Position numbers and translations under genes: made by a program
Notes under the pieces: model-generated
Databases searched by the model: none
Told to the model about the DNA's origin: nothing
What the model saw: the letters and a program-made list of their open reading frames with translations, nothing else
Assembly: GCF_018977255.1 (NCBI RefSeq)
Contig: NW_024704762.1
Span: forward strand, 2,976,001 to 3,040,000
Length of the DNA stretch: 64,000 nt
Source of the DNA: Callorhinchus milii
Lineage: Eukaryota
Direction of reading: 5' to 3'
Shown: positions 12,535 to 25,076 of the stretch, piece after piece
How positions within the stretch are numbered: the first letter of the stretch is position 1
Layout: each line of letters begins with the position of its first letter

Positions 12535-13030
12535 GAACTCCATGCAGTTCTGGTCACCACGACACAAGGGTGGGGGGAGCTCCCCAGGCCCTGGAGGCAG
12601 TGCACAGGAGAACAACGAGGTGATCCCTGGTGTTAGAGGAATGAGCTATGAGCCACGATTAGACAAGCTAGGGCTCTTCAGTGTTGAGAGAAGATGCCAC
12701 AGAGAGGACCTTATAGAGGTGTATAACATTTTAAATGGGATTGAAAAAGTAAACCTGCAACAATACTTTAGGGATGCCCCAATACAGTAGAACAAGAGGA
12801 CACAGGTTTAGAGTTGTAAAGGGCAATTTCAGGACAGATACCAGAGTGTTGTTCTTTACCCAGAGGGTAAATAACCACTGGAACAGGTGGGCAGGATGGG
12901 TGGTAGAGACCAGGACACTAGGACACCAGGACTTTTAAAAAGCGGCAAGTTGGAAGGCAGAAAAGGTGGGTGTTCTGAAGGATGAGATCAGATGGGTCAA
13001 AGGACCTTCTTCATCTGAAGTCTTGTGATG
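12535..13030 (+). mobile_element. CR1 LINE 3' fragment
   Basis: QFWSPRHK...IPGVRGMSYEPRLDKLGLFSVERRCHREDLIEVYNILNGIEKV; 3' tail gatgagatcagatgggtcaaaggaccttcttcatc...tcttgtga. Confidence 0.88.
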
Positions 13031-13479
13031 TTTGCACAGTTGGGAACAATGCTGCAAGCGTCAGTATGGTGATTCACAGTGAGAAGTATGGTTTATACCA
13101 GTCTTGACTACCAGAGCAATTAAGTACACATTCTGGAGTTTTTGCTCGATTAGCTTTGGGGTATCAGGTTTGGTCCATATCTAAATTTGCCCCAGGAAGT
13201 AGTGAGGGTGGGAAAGTTCCAAAATAAGTTAGGCTTTGCATGGAAAGGGCCAGACTTGATGGTCCAAATGGCCTTTTCGGTTTGCATTCTTATGTCCTTG
13301 TGAGGGTTAAGTGTATCGTTCAAAGGTCTTCTAGGTCGCATTCTAGTTGTTTACCCTGCAGCAGAGGAGATCTGCTGGTTCTTCCCCGAGTGCCGCTGTT
13401 AAATGTCCAGGGTTTCTGTGTGCGCCATTGATAACGCCAAGAGGTATATCATGGTAAGGATTCCTTATGGAGCCTTCTT

Positions 13480-13735
13480 CCCCCTGAATAACATCCGCTC
13501 AGCTAACATTTTGCAGTCTACAGTGCAGAAAAATTTCTGTTCCAACTCTCTGGAACTCCATCACGGAGCCTCTCCGGCTCGTCCATCCCTCACTTTACTA
13601 AAGGTTCGTCTCAAGGTGCACCTCTTTGACCGAGCTTTGGGTCAATATTCCCCTCCCCATCCCTCTCATTTCCCACCTCAGCTTGTTAAGTGCCTTGGGA
13701 TATCCTCCTGAAGTGAAAGGCTGTATTATAGGGGT
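13480..13735 (+). mobile_element. L2 3' end
   Basis: ctctggaactccatc...ctccggctc...aaggttcgtctcaaggtgcacctctttgaccgagctttgg, then the tail aagtgccttggga...gtgaaaggc. Confidence 0.7.
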
Positions 13736-14015
13736 GGAGGGCTGTAAAAGGATGCTGAGCATGCAGATAACTAATGTTAAGAAGTGTCACAAATTGTCAA
13801 CCTTGTATTGCATGCAGATAATCACTGGCAACTCTGTCAGCGCTTCCCTCAGTGCTGTAGTTTAAGATAAGAATCGTATTGAAATCCAATTTACTATTTT
13901 AAGCTCTTATGTTGTGTTTCACTTACGTTATCCAACCAATCATCACATGTACAGGCTGTCTCTCTAGTAGCTGCATGAGGATCTTATCAAATGCTTTCTG
14001 GAAGATGCAATGAAA

Positions 14016-14386
14016 AATAATAATAATAATCCTTGCATTGGGTATGGCGCTTTATCACGCACACTGAGAGGTCTCAAAGTACTTCACAAAATATACTGTA
14101 AAGTGAATTGACTGTATATTTTGTGGGCGAAACGCAGCAGCCAAATGCGCACAGCAGTGTCCCACAAACAGCTGTGGATTTAGTACCAATTTTTTTTTTT
14201 TTTAAGGAATTATTACCCCCGGAAAAGCAATCCGCCAGTCAACTAACAACCGGGTTCCTACTTACTGCTAGGTAAACAGAGGTGTGTGGAGTAAGGAAAC
14301 TTGCCTAACGTTTTGCCCTGTCAGGAATCAAACCCAGGTCTCTTGCTTGCGAGGCGACTCCTCTAACCACTGAGCTACAGGACTCC
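14016..14386 (-). mobile_element. SINE family B, full length
   Basis: Complete, from (aat)n tail to head ending gagctacaggactcc. Confidence 0.92.
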
Positions 14387-15609
14387 AAAAAATGGCTTCT
14401 CTTTTACGCTCATCAAGTGTTTTGAGATGTGTTCCCAATGCGAAAGGCGCTATTTAAATGTAGATTTTATTGTATCCTTTAGCTTCTCAATGGTTGAATC
14501 ATATGCATAAATAATAATAAATAATCTGTGCATTTGACATATGGTCATTCACATCAGGACAATGTGTCAAAGCGCTTCACGGGATTTACTGTAACCCAAA
14601 CTTTGCTCACAAAATACACAGTAAATCCACTTTACAGCATATCCTGTGGAACGCTTTGAGATGGCTTGAAGACGTGAAAGGCGCTATATCAAATGTCATG
14701 ATTGTATTATTAACCATAATAACTGTGTAATTGTAGGTGAATGTGGCAGCCAATTTGTGCACAATAATGCCCCACAAACAGCCATGAAGTGAATGATCAT
14801 GTTTATGTGAGGGATTGTTGGCCAGGACACCTTGTCATTGACAATCATAAGCATACTGTTCTTTGACCTCTGAGACGCTTAAATGTATAAAAGCCGCTGT
14901 GTATATGTGCAAGTCTTTATTGAACACTCCAGACTCTCCACTGACTGACGGGGAGAGGAAAGAGAGGGAGAGAAAGTGAACGCTCTTTTTTTATCTTTGT
15001 AAAGGATGAATTTAATTGCTGCTACTTTGGACTTTGCTCCCGGGGCCATCACAATGTATTTGAGCCGTTACTTTGATCAGATTAGTTCTGAAACATGAAT
15101 TCCGCTCTCCGTCTCTGTTTCCGAAATACAACACTTTGGTGAATATCATCCGCGCGGCTGAGATGGTGGGGCCCGCTCTGAGTTGCCACTACGTGTTGCG
15201 AAGGGTCGGCCAGGGAAAAGATGAACGCTTTCTGTCTTCATCGGGAATACAAGAGCCTGGTACAAATGTTCTGTTTGTGGAGATGTTCTCAATAGGAGAC
15301 GCAATTATAAAGCCGTCATTAAGAATACAATGTTATCAAAAATTGGAAAGAACGAGCCAAGTACAATAATCTTTCAAAATGACATATTTTGAAGCCTAGA
15401 TAAATAACGTTCTGTCATCAGCTGTAAGAATCTTTGTACCTCGTTCTACTGGATATATATTTTAGACGCTGTTTAAATGTCATCGCTGGGACCTAGTTTT
15501 ATGAATATCTCTTCTTGATCCCGATTTGGAAGAGCTGCCTTGAAAATTCCAATGTTTCAATGGGTTTAATGTGCTAATGAGATGTCCAGTAGAGAGGGCT
15601 GGTTATATT

Positions 15610-15860
15610 ATCACAGGATCACAAGATTAGTTTGGATGAAGAAGGCCCTTCGGCCCATCCAATCTCATCCCTCCAGAATACCTGTCCTCGCATTCCATCT
15701 CAGAATCAAACTGATTTTCAAATGAGTTCTAGTGTTCTGACCTCAATCTTCCTCCCTGGCAACCTGTTCCAGTCCTTAATAACCAGGTGTATAAAGAAAT
15801 GTGATTGCCTACATCTTTGTGGTCTACACAACTCTAAACCTGTGCCCTCTTGTTCTGTTG
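15610..15860 (-). mobile_element. CR1 3' end
   Basis: tcacaggatcacaagattagtttggatgaagaaggcccttcggcccatc tail; the reverse strand encodes VIKDWNRLPGRKIEV. Confidence 0.8.
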
Positions 15861-16069
15861 GAAAATTGATGATGAAGATTGGATAGATTATGTTTTCAGC
15901 AAACAAAGTGATGGAATGAATGTAAGTGAGAGTATTTCAGACATGCTTTGGAGTTTGGATCTCAGTTGTCGTTTCCAGTGCTGTACCTTTTATATGATGA
16001 TAAACACGAGCAAAAGAACATCACTGTTATGATGCCCTCGACATGGTAGAAATACCGTCATTGCAGTAT

Positions 16070-16405
16070 AGCACTAGGGGTGTGCTGCATGTTAGAGGTG
16101 CCGTCCTTCGGATGAGATGTTAGACCAATGTCCCATCTGCTTGTTCAGGTGGATGTTAAAGATCCTGCGATGCTGTTCAAAAATAGAAGGGAATTTCTCT
16201 CACCCGGTGTCCTGGCCAACAATCCCCCAGATAAACTGGTTCACTCACTTCATGGCTGTTTGTGGGACATTGCTGTGTGCAGGTTGGCTGTGACATTCTC
16301 CAACAAATACTCAGTCACTCCACTTAGCAATAAAATCCTGTGAGGCATTTGAGGTGTCTTGACGATGTGATAAGGTGCTGCATCAAAAGCAAGGATTATT
16401 ATTAT
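16070..16405 (+). mobile_element. DeuSINE family A
   Basis: gaggtgccgtccttcggatgagatgttagacc...ttcaggtggatgttaaagatcc...cccggtgtcctggccaac (Deu domain) and the (att)n tail. Confidence 0.88.
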
Positions 16406-16824
16406 TTTCACAGAACAAAATGTCTATTTAGTGAACAGCTGGTAATTCTCTACAGATCAATAGCTCCGTCCGTCCCTGTTGCTGATGAGACTTGAATCTT
16501 TTCTTAAGAAGTGGCTGGGTGCATATTAACCAAAATGCAATGAACTTTTTTTTTAACACAGCAATGCTTTTAAGAATACTTGCACTGTTTCTGATGTGTT
16601 GACCTTTCAATTGAAGCTGATCTGCAATAGTAGAGCTTAAGTAGACCTGGAGAATGCAATCAGCAGATTAGGTAACGATGTAATCAGAATGCATTTACAT
16701 TCAGATTTGGCCTTTTTTTCTTATTTTTTCCATTTTTCTTATTCTTAGATGTTGATATTCAAAACTTCTTGTGTGACTAAAGATTGTTGCATTCTTTAAA
16801 AGCAATCTTTCAAATATTTTCAAA

Positions 16825-17032
16825 TAATAATCCTTGCATTTGATACAGTCCCTTATCACATCGTCGAGACGTCTCAAAGTGCTTCACATGATTTGCTATA
16901 AAGTGTAGTGACTGTTTTGTGAGCCAACGGGGGTAGCCACTTTTACGCACAGTAATATCCCACAAATAGCCATGGAGAAAGTGACCACTTTTATTTGGCG
17001 GATTGTTGGTCAGGACACCGGGAGAAACTCCT
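16825..17032 (-). mobile_element. DeuSINE family A 3' half
   Basis: Tail through caggacaccgggagaaactcc. Confidence 0.75.
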
Positions 17033-17039
17033 TTAACCT

Positions 17040-17400
17040 GTAACCTATTCCAGCTGTTGATTCCACTCTTGTGTCAAGATACTTCCTTGTGTTTGTTCCA
17101 AACTTGCCTTCACACTTGCCTTTAATTGTGTTGGACTTTAGCCATGTGAAATGTTCGGAGATTGTGACGTCTCTACCTTCTTATGTAACAGTGACTGGAA
17201 TTATATGCAGTGTTCCCAAGTGCGACCTGACGAGAGCACTGTACAGCTTGGCTCCAGGAAAACTAAAATCAATTGACTTAGCAATGTAGCCTGGGATCCT
17301 GTTTGCCTTGTTCATTGCTGCCTCATACTGTGTTTGATTTGGTGAGTGATGAGTCAACAAACACCCCTACATCTCTTTCAGTTTCCCTCTAAGCAAGTTT
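17040..17400 (-). mobile_element. CR1-like RT C-terminal fragment, degraded
   Basis: The reverse strand resembles E(K/R)DVGVFVDSSL...AAMNKANRIPGYI...KLYSALVRSHL. Confidence 0.6.
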
Positions 17401-17464
17401 TATCCCATCCACGGAATACATGTGCCTCTTGTTTTACTTCTTGTATGAGGTGTATTTTAATTAT

Positions 17465-18000
17465 AAAAATAATCTTTGCATTTGATACATATAAATACGT
17501 ATCGTGACTGTGTATTTGCTGCAGCCAGTTTGCACGTAGTCAACATCCCAAACCAAACAGCCATGAAATGAATGAACAATTTTATTTGGGGGGATTGTAG
17601 GCCAGGACACCAGGAGAGAGTAACTCCCTTCTCTTTTTGAGTTGTGCCATGAGATCTTAACATCGACCTGAACAGCCAGACGGGGCCGCAGTTTAACCTC
17701 AAGCCAAACAGTAATACATTGAGCTCCCAGTCAAGGCTGATGCTCCAGTGTGGGCTGGGGGTCAGATGTGCAGACTTTTGGATGTGGCTTTAACCTGAGG
17801 TCCTCTCTGCCTATTCAGGCAGATGTTAACCATTCTACGGCATTATTTAAAAAGTGGGAGTTAGTCCCAGTGGCCTGGTCAACAATCCTCTAGATAAATT
17901 GGTCATTCACTCTATGGCTGCTTGTGGGACATTGCTGTGTTCAAATTAGTTGTTGTGTTTGCCTACAAATATGCAGTCACGGCACTTCACATCAAGTACA
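17465..18000. mobile_element. Two DeuSINE family A fragments in opposite orientation
   Basis: Minus copy ~17465-17700 and plus copy ~17775-18000. Confidence 0.7.
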
Positions 18001-18747
18001 TATAAAGTGACCTTATCGCCATTGGTTGCTCTCCCTGTGTCTGTTGGCTTTAAGGGTCTGAGCCCGGTTCTCAGTGGGTGTGGGGCTCACAGCACAAACC
18101 TGCCCTGAATTGAACCCCAAATTGTCAATCTCGCTCGCTTTCTGGTGGTGGTGATGAGGGTAGGCGTGGGGGGAGACATCAGATTGGAGCAACAGGGGGC
18201 GCTTTCATAGGTTTAGGGTTGAGTGATGTGATTGAAATAGAGCAGAAATAAAGCGCATCAAAGCTGAGCTGCACATGACTAGGAAAGCTCTTGATACTAA
18301 TATGGGTGGGGGGGAAGAGTGGGGCGTGAGAACATGTTCTATCTCCCAAATGCTGTCACTCTTGTTGCGAATACGTAATTTGGCTGGAAAGCCTGTTTGT
18401 GAATATCAGCGGCTCGACTAAAGGCTCTCTCTCTCTCTCTCTCTCTCTGTGTTCGAGTTTGGAAAAGGAGTGACAGGGCTATCGCGGATTAAAATAAAAC
18501 TGTAATCCTATTATCTGTATTGAGTTTGGCAGAAGCAGCCACTGCCTTCCTCAAAGGTCAACCCAAAGTCACGGCGGCTGTGGCACTGCCACCTTTGATA
18601 TCCTTCACCTGGCGGCCTCCTCCAGCATCACCTGTCATTACACTACCGCTCTTCACAAAGCAGGGTGTTCAGGCTTTCAAACCAGAAATGGTCACACCGC
18701 AGAGCATGTAGGATTCAGGCTTGACTAACGAGTGCCCAAATAATAAT

Positions 18748-18915
18748 AATTTGGTCACTCAATCCACGACTGTGGGACGCTGCTGTGCGCAATTGGCTGC
18801 CGCGTTTCGCCCACGAAATATACAGTCAATTTACTTTACGGTATATTATTCTGTGAAGCGCTTCGAGCTGTCTCGAAGACGTGATAAGGCGCTATATCAA
18901 ATGCAAGGATTATTA
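18748..18915 (+). mobile_element. SINE family B 3' part
   Basis: ttggtcactcaatccacgactgtgggacgctgctgtgcgcaattggc...tatcaaatgcaaggattatt. Confidence 0.85.
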
Positions 18916-19144
18916 TGTTAAATTTATGTTCTCTTGCCTCGGATCTGATTTGTTGGACCTGGGTGATGGACATTTTTTTNAGCAAGCTCAATGTGGTCTG
19001 TTACAGGGGAGGGGCAAGAAGGATAATGATTGGTTTGGGGGAGAATTGGGACTTCCCTCTCTCCCCTCCCGTCAGCCTCCAAACTAATGGGAGATCTCGC
19101 CATGTGTGAAAATTTCCCTGCGTGCATAGTAGCTCATCTCATGT

Positions 19145-19555
19145 ATTCACCTGGCTCATCAGCAGGACTTGGAGGGGCAGAATGGGTCAATGAGGCTAGG
19201 CATTTTTCCCACTCGACTTCTCTTAATCCTGCGAGCCCAGCTGGACAGGCAATGGGAAAGCCACACAGATAGTGCTCCCAATGGTAAGCTTTGCATTTTT
19301 CGCTGGTTTAGCATCAGTAGTTACCCCCAACGCACTCTCTCAGGCCTCCAAATCTTGGTCCTCGCCAACCTGTGCATAATATTCTCTGGAATTAGGCAAG
19401 TTGAGTGCGTGCTTCTGGGGAGAGAGTGCGCACTGCAATCCACACGGGAGTTTTTGTGTGTAGGTGGGATACATGGAATTCTCAGTCTGGTTTGGATACT
19501 CTTAAGCACAGTGACGGGTTTCCACATGTATCAGACACCCGACTGACCCCCAAAA
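19145..19555 (+). repeat. Family X, copy 2 (long)
   Basis: Ends ...ggatactcttaagcacagtgacgggtttccacatgtatcagacacccgactgacccccaaaaa. Confidence 0.8.
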
Positions 19556-19744
19556 ATGTGAAAATCTTTGCCAATCTACATTTTCACTGGGGTTGATTTC
19601 CCATTGAAAACTGACATCTTCGGAATTCCTAGACTCGACACAAAGGCAGATCTTTCCAAAGAGCGCAATATTCCATGCTCAAAGTTCTTATTTGAATCAT
19701 TCCCATTTATTAGCCACATTTTATTGTTAATAATATGGATTATA

Positions 19745-20032
19745 TCATTAATAATCCTTGCATTTGATTTAGCGCCTTTCGCATCAGGTGAAAGTCTCAA
19801 AGTGTTTCATAGGATTTTACTGTAAAGTGTAGTAACTGTGTATTTATAAGCGAACGCAGCAGCCAATTTACACACAGCAACATACCATAAACAGTCATGA
19901 AGTAAATGACCAATTTTATCTGGGGGGTTGTTTGTTGGTCAGGACACTGGGAGAAACTCCCTTCTGTTTTCGAAGAGTGCCATGGGATCTTTAACATGCA
20001 CCAGGATAGGGAAGACAGGGTCTCGGTTTAAC
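19745..20032 (-). mobile_element. DeuSINE family A 3' two-thirds
   Basis: Tail through gtgccatgggatctttaacat...ctcggtttaac. Confidence 0.82.
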
Positions 20033-20195
20033 AGAGCACTGGCTACGCTCTGAGAAGAATTCTAATTTGATGTTAATGCTATTACGGATCAATTCCTTCC
20101 CTCCATATCCACACCACCATAAGGCAGGAAAGAGCAGCCCTAACTAACATACCTTGGCTGGGCGATGGTTTTCATTGGTGTTCTGGTACATATCA

Positions 20196-20244
20196 GTGCT
20201 CAGTAGATGGCGCTCTGGGCATTTTACTACCATCTACTGAGCAC
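20196..20244. repeat. 15-bp perfect inverted repeat carrying CTCF-like motifs
   Basis: gtgctcagtagatgg (20196-20210) and ccatctactgagcac (20230-20244), 19-nt spacer. Confidence 0.7.
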
Positions 20245-20589
20245 AAGGAAGCAACGAGCCGATCGTTTACTTGGTAAATCTCGAGACGAGCAGTGAGTGA
20301 AAACAAAGGCTGCTGAAGACGGTCACAGTTGTTGGGGTTTGGAAACTGAGGAATCGGTGTCCTTTTCTAAGGTTTGACCCGAGCAACTCACTCGTGGCTG
20401 TTTCACTGTTACTGAAACAGCGCCTTGGGACGTCACCCCACGTGAAAGGCGCTATATGAATGCAAGTTGTTATTATTCCCCCGTCTGCAGACTGTGTGAG
20501 ATATGAAGGAAGGTACCCCACACAGTTGCCATTGTAGAGTAATTATGCTTCAATTGCAAAGGCATGTCATGGAAGAGCATCACCTTTAG

Positions 20590-21065
20590 TGAAATAACAA
20601 CAAGAACAAATTATGCTTGAACAGCGCCCTTCACATCGGAAAGACGTCCCAGGGCGTTGGACAATCAGGTTTGGGACCCAAGCTGGGAGTTGGGGTCAGG
20701 AGTGGTAGAGGGCAGGGAGGGTGGGGACAGGGAGGGTGGCCGAAGGCACGGTCAAAGAGTGATACATTTGTCCGTTTACAATGTAGATTGTCCAACGCAG
20801 TGTGTCAGCCTGGCTCAGCTGGTGGCACTCTCGTCTCTGAGTCAGTAGATGGTAGGTTCAAGCACCCACAACTACACTTGACCTCATATTGAACTGGGGG
20901 CAACTGCATTGGCAGAGGTCCTTCAGGTGATATATTTAACCGAGGTCTTGTCCGCCTGTTCAGGTGGACGTTAAAGATCCCATGATACTATTCGGAAAGA
21001 AAATGGTGTCCTGGTCGACAAACCCCCAGATAAAAATCGGCTGGTTGTGGGACATTGCTGTATGG
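20590..21065. mobile_element. L2 3' end (minus, ~20590-20762) followed by DeuSINE A (plus, ~20800-21065)
   Basis: L2 tail with ggcacggtcaaagag; SINE head gtcagcctggctcagctggtggcactctcgtctctgagtcag. Confidence 0.72.
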
Positions 21066-21844
21066 GCAGAAATTATTGTGTAATCTTTCAACAACAACAA
21101 ATTACATTTGTAGCACAACAACAGCATTTCACCCCTTTGTTTCCCTGGAGCTTTGCTGGTAAGGCGCCCACGCCTCCCAACTTTATTTTACTTCATCCTA
21201 CGCTCTTCATCTGGTTCCTAATCTGCTGCCAGTACACTCGGTAACTGATTGCAACCCAGCCTTAGATCCACTCTCTGCTCCCCTGACCACGTCCCATTCC
21301 CCCTCCCCCAAGTTGTCCTTCCTTGCATTCTAACCGTGCCACCTCCTCTCCTCCTCTTCATCACTCCCAGTGAATCTACCTCATGCTTGAAAGAAGCCAG
21401 AGCCAGAGTGTTTGTTTTTTAATCAGCCCCAGATGTTAAATAAATGGAAATGATTAGATTTTAAGCAGCGGCACAAAGCAGATTATACCTGGAATTAACA
21501 AGCGTTCAGGAAATGATATCCCAATAACAGCCACTTTGATCTCAGTGCTTTTTCATAGCATAGTGAGACAGCTAAAAAAAAATGTCTTGGACATCAGGAC
21601 GTGACTTTATTATGAATGTGATGTTGAGCTGGTTTTCCTTCCCCTTCATCTTCTTCCCAATCGTAAGACACGCTGGCCGCAAATTGGCTGCCGAGTTTGC
21701 CTACAAAATACACAGTCATGTTCACAGGATCACGAGCGATTCGGGTGAAGTTTGTTACATTTCGCCCCATTTCACCTCATCCTTTGAATTCACTGACCCT
21801 CTCGTGCAGTGAAGTGATGGGGTGGTGGGGGCGGTGGGGGTTCG

Positions 21845-22105
21845 TGCTACACTGTATTGTCAGTAGTGACTTTCTTCGGATGAGATGTTAAACTGAAGTC
21901 CTGTCTGCCTGTTCAGGTGGATGTTACAGATCTCACGGCGCTATTCGAAAAGAGAAGGGAGTTTCTCTCTCCCGGTGACCTGGCCAATAATCCCAATAAA
22001 ATTGGTTGTTCATTCCATGGCTGTTTGTAGGACACTTCTGCTTGCAAATTAGTCGTCGCATTCATCCATAAACACACAGTCACTGCACTTTACAGTATAT
22101 CCTTT
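21845..22105 (+). mobile_element. DeuSINE family A
   Basis: ttcggatgagatgttaaactga...gttcaggtggatgtt...gaaaagagaagggagtttct. Confidence 0.8.
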
Positions 22106-22109
22106 ATAG

Positions 22110-22430
22110 TTCTGCCCGGGCAGGCGAAACGTTGGGCAAATTTCCTTACTCCATACGCCTCTGTTTACCTAGCAGTGAGTAGTCAGCGGTTGTTAGTTGA
22201 TTGGCGGATCGCTTTTCCATGGGTAATAATTCCTTCAAAAAATAATAATAACAATAAATTGGTCACGTCATTCCATGACTGTTTATGGGACGTCGCTGTG
22301 CGCAATTGGCTACTGCGTTTCGCCCACAAAATATATAGAAAATTCACTTTACAGTATATTCTGTGAAGCATTTGTGACGTCTCGAAGATGTGATAAGGCA
22401 CTATATCAAATGCAAGGATTATTATTATTA
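22110..22430 (+). mobile_element. SINE family B, head truncated
   Basis: ggcgaaacgttgggcaaatttccttactcc...ctctgtttacctagcag...(att)n tail. Confidence 0.88.
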
Positions 22431-22729
22431 TCTTCCTGCAGCACCACAAGGCTTACCGTTCTTGCGGAGGTGGCTTGGTTTGCTTCCGGAACCATTAGTT
22501 CCCTGGGAAGGGGTGGAAGTTCCCCTTTGCTGTGCTCTGTAATCAGCATATTTGTTGTCTTCTGAACCGCAGTATCACATCTGCACAGCGCTAACCCCAC
22601 TTTCAACCACTGGACCCAATTAGAGGTTTCCACTAAGCTGCACAATGTCCTTCTCTCACCAATGTGCAAAAATACATTTTTCTCATTGTTCTTTGCGCTG
22701 ATCTAAAAGTCGGTCATTTTTCCTGTCTT

Positions 22730-22965
22730 AAAATAATCCTTGCATTTGATACAGCTCCTTGTCGCGTCGTTGAGCCGTCTCAAAGCTCTTCACAGAATAT
22801 ACTGTCAAGTGAATCGACTGTATTATGTGGGCGAAACGCAGCAGCCAATTGTGCTCAGCAGCGTCCCACAAACAGCAGCGTCCCACAAACAGCAGCGTCC
22901 CACAAACAGCAGCGTCCCACAAACAGCAGCGTCCCACAAACAGTCGTGGATTGAGTGGTCACATT
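22730..22965 (-). mobile_element. SINE 3' part containing a tandem expansion
   Basis: Tail and Deu 3' part interrupted by a 17-bp x5 array. Confidence 0.85.
22856..22940. repeat. Perfect 17-bp tandem repeat x5 (cagcagcgtcccacaaa)
   Basis: Five identical units counted directly. Confidence 0.95.
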
Positions 22966-23922
22966 ATCATTTGATTTGGATGAAAAAAAACTTAAGCCCC
23001 TCTCCCCGCCCCCACCACCCACCCCCGTCCTTCTAACGCAGCATCGAGCTGTTTCTGAAATGAACCCCAGCGCCATTTCCTACTTTCCTTCTCTTAAGCT
23101 GGTTTGTATTCTGTTGCAGCACACCTTGCAGTGAAGATGCTCCTGGTTCTATTAAAAATAACAAGCAGACGATTAGAGGCTTAATCCTTGGTGTTAGACG
23201 TGCAATGGTGACTGGGGCACGTCTGGCTTATAATGGGGGCTGTAGACTGGGGCTGTGTTAAATTATTTGTGTTAAATGACTTACAGATTGTACACGGAAA
23301 GAATACGATTATGAAAAAAAAATTGGACACACTAACCCTCCCTCCCTCTCTTCCTCCCCCCACCTCAACTCCCCACCTCCGCCACACCCTCAGGGTCAAA
23401 AAGAATATACTCTCGTTGTTACCATTCTGTGCCTTACTTTTACTGCTCGAGGTCCATAAAAAATGAACAGAGGAAAATGCGATCAGTATGTATGCCCTGA
23501 CATTTTTGAAATTGAATTGGAAAAGGGAATATGAAATAATGGTTTAAAAAAAAAGTCTCCAGCGTTTCTTATTGACTCCGAATGTTTCATTTATTTGATG
23601 TAAATGTTTACTGTCGGTGGTTGCCTGGGTTTGGGAGATAAGACGAGACATTTGTTACAGTGTCAGGCTATTGAGTGTCACCGCAAACAGGAGGCAGAAT
23701 GATACCATTACTGTTATATATTGCTATTTAGTGACTGATCTGGGTTCAGCATCAATGAGGAAATGTTCACACCCAGCTATAAGGTGTTGGGCATCATTAG
23801 AACATTGGGCGTGTTCAGTATGAGAATAGGCGGTTAAGTGATTCAGCGTTGGACTAACACTGCCAAGGCCACTGGAACGGCACCTTGATATGGTCCACTG
23901 TTTTACGATGTGGTGGAGATGT

Positions 23923-23984
23923 ATTGACTGTATATTTTGTGGGCGAAACACTTCAGCCAATTGCACACAGCAATTGTGAATTGA
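23923..23984 (-). repeat. 62-bp inverted copy of 24485-24546
   Basis: 61/62 identical to the reverse complement of 24485-24546. Confidence 0.9.
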
Positions 23985-24285
23985 TGAGACGTATTCTCTG
24001 TGTGAATAACCAGGTGGCTGTTTTTAGACGGCTTTTTATTTGACACAGCGTCAAGGCCCGCGGGTTAGCTGAGATTCAGGGGGAAGAGGCCACTGTGTGC
24101 AACAAACACGTCCCGGTTTCTGGTCTCATTAAAAAAAAATACGCCCGGAGCCTGTCTGTTGTAGCCGGAGACCTTCAACTCGTCAGACTTCCTGCTCCGT
24201 TTCCCTCTCCATGTCATTGGTGAGTGGATGGGTGTTGGCCAGGAAATGGCTTTCTCTTCTTGACCTATTGCCTCAAGCCAAGGGT

Positions 24286-24639
24286 GGAGTCCTGTAGGGT
24301 ATTGGTTAGATCACTCCCCTCACAAGCGAGGCCCCAGATTCGATTCCCGGTAGGGCGAAACCTTAGGCAAATTTCCTAACTCCACACACCTCTGTTTACC
24401 TAGCAGTAAGCAGCAACCTGGTCATTAGTTGATTCGCGGATTGCTTTCTGGGGGTAATAATCCCTCAAAAGTGAATGTGTTCACTCAATTCACAATTGCT
24501 GTGTGCAATTGGCTGAAGTATTTCGCCCACAAAATATACAGTCAATTTACTTGACAGTAAATTCTGTGAAGCGCTTTGAGACGTCTCAACATAGTGGTAA
24601 AATGTTACATGGAAAGCAAGGATTATTATTATTATTATT
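24286..24639 (+). mobile_element. SINE family B, full length
   Basis: ggagtcctgtag...gattcgattcccgg...ccttaggcaaatttcc...(att)n. Confidence 0.9.
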
Positions 24640-25076
24640 TATTAATGGCACTCCCGGTCACTTCCTGTGTCAGTAAGGGGAGATGGCCAAAGGCGTGTTC
24701 AGAGAGGTAGGGTTTGATTATACTCATCCAGAGGATGCGTTAACTTCAAACAGAGAGGACTCACATTGTTTATCTGTAATTAGCTCACTCACTCCCTCCG
24801 ATTGTGAAAGGCGACGTATGTAAATATAAGTTGTATTGTAGTGTAAAGACAGTCACTACACCTTACAGCACAAATGCCATGAAACAATTTGAGGAGTTTT
24901 GACGATGTGATAATAATAATAATTCTTGCATTTGATACAGCGCCTTATCATGTCTTCACGACGTCTCAAAGCGCTTCACAGAATATACTGCAAAGTGAAT
25001 TGACTGTATATTTTGTGTGGTAAACACTAATCCAAAGATTATTACTGTCATAGTTATAACCTGTTTTTTCCCTCAG

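Noticed and set aside
18189..18203. CTCF-like gcaacagggggcgct
   Set aside because: Two mismatches in the 5' core; plausible but unsupported alone.
19145..19170. Hammerhead ribozyme in family X (minus-strand CTGATGAG, also at ~60160 and ~56025)
   Set aside because: No GAAA after a stem II (GAAT at 19145, TTGT at 60160) and no stems I/III identified; worth retesting only on the family consensus.
22856..22940. CRISPR array
   Set aside because: No spacers, SINE-derived unit, eukaryotic context.
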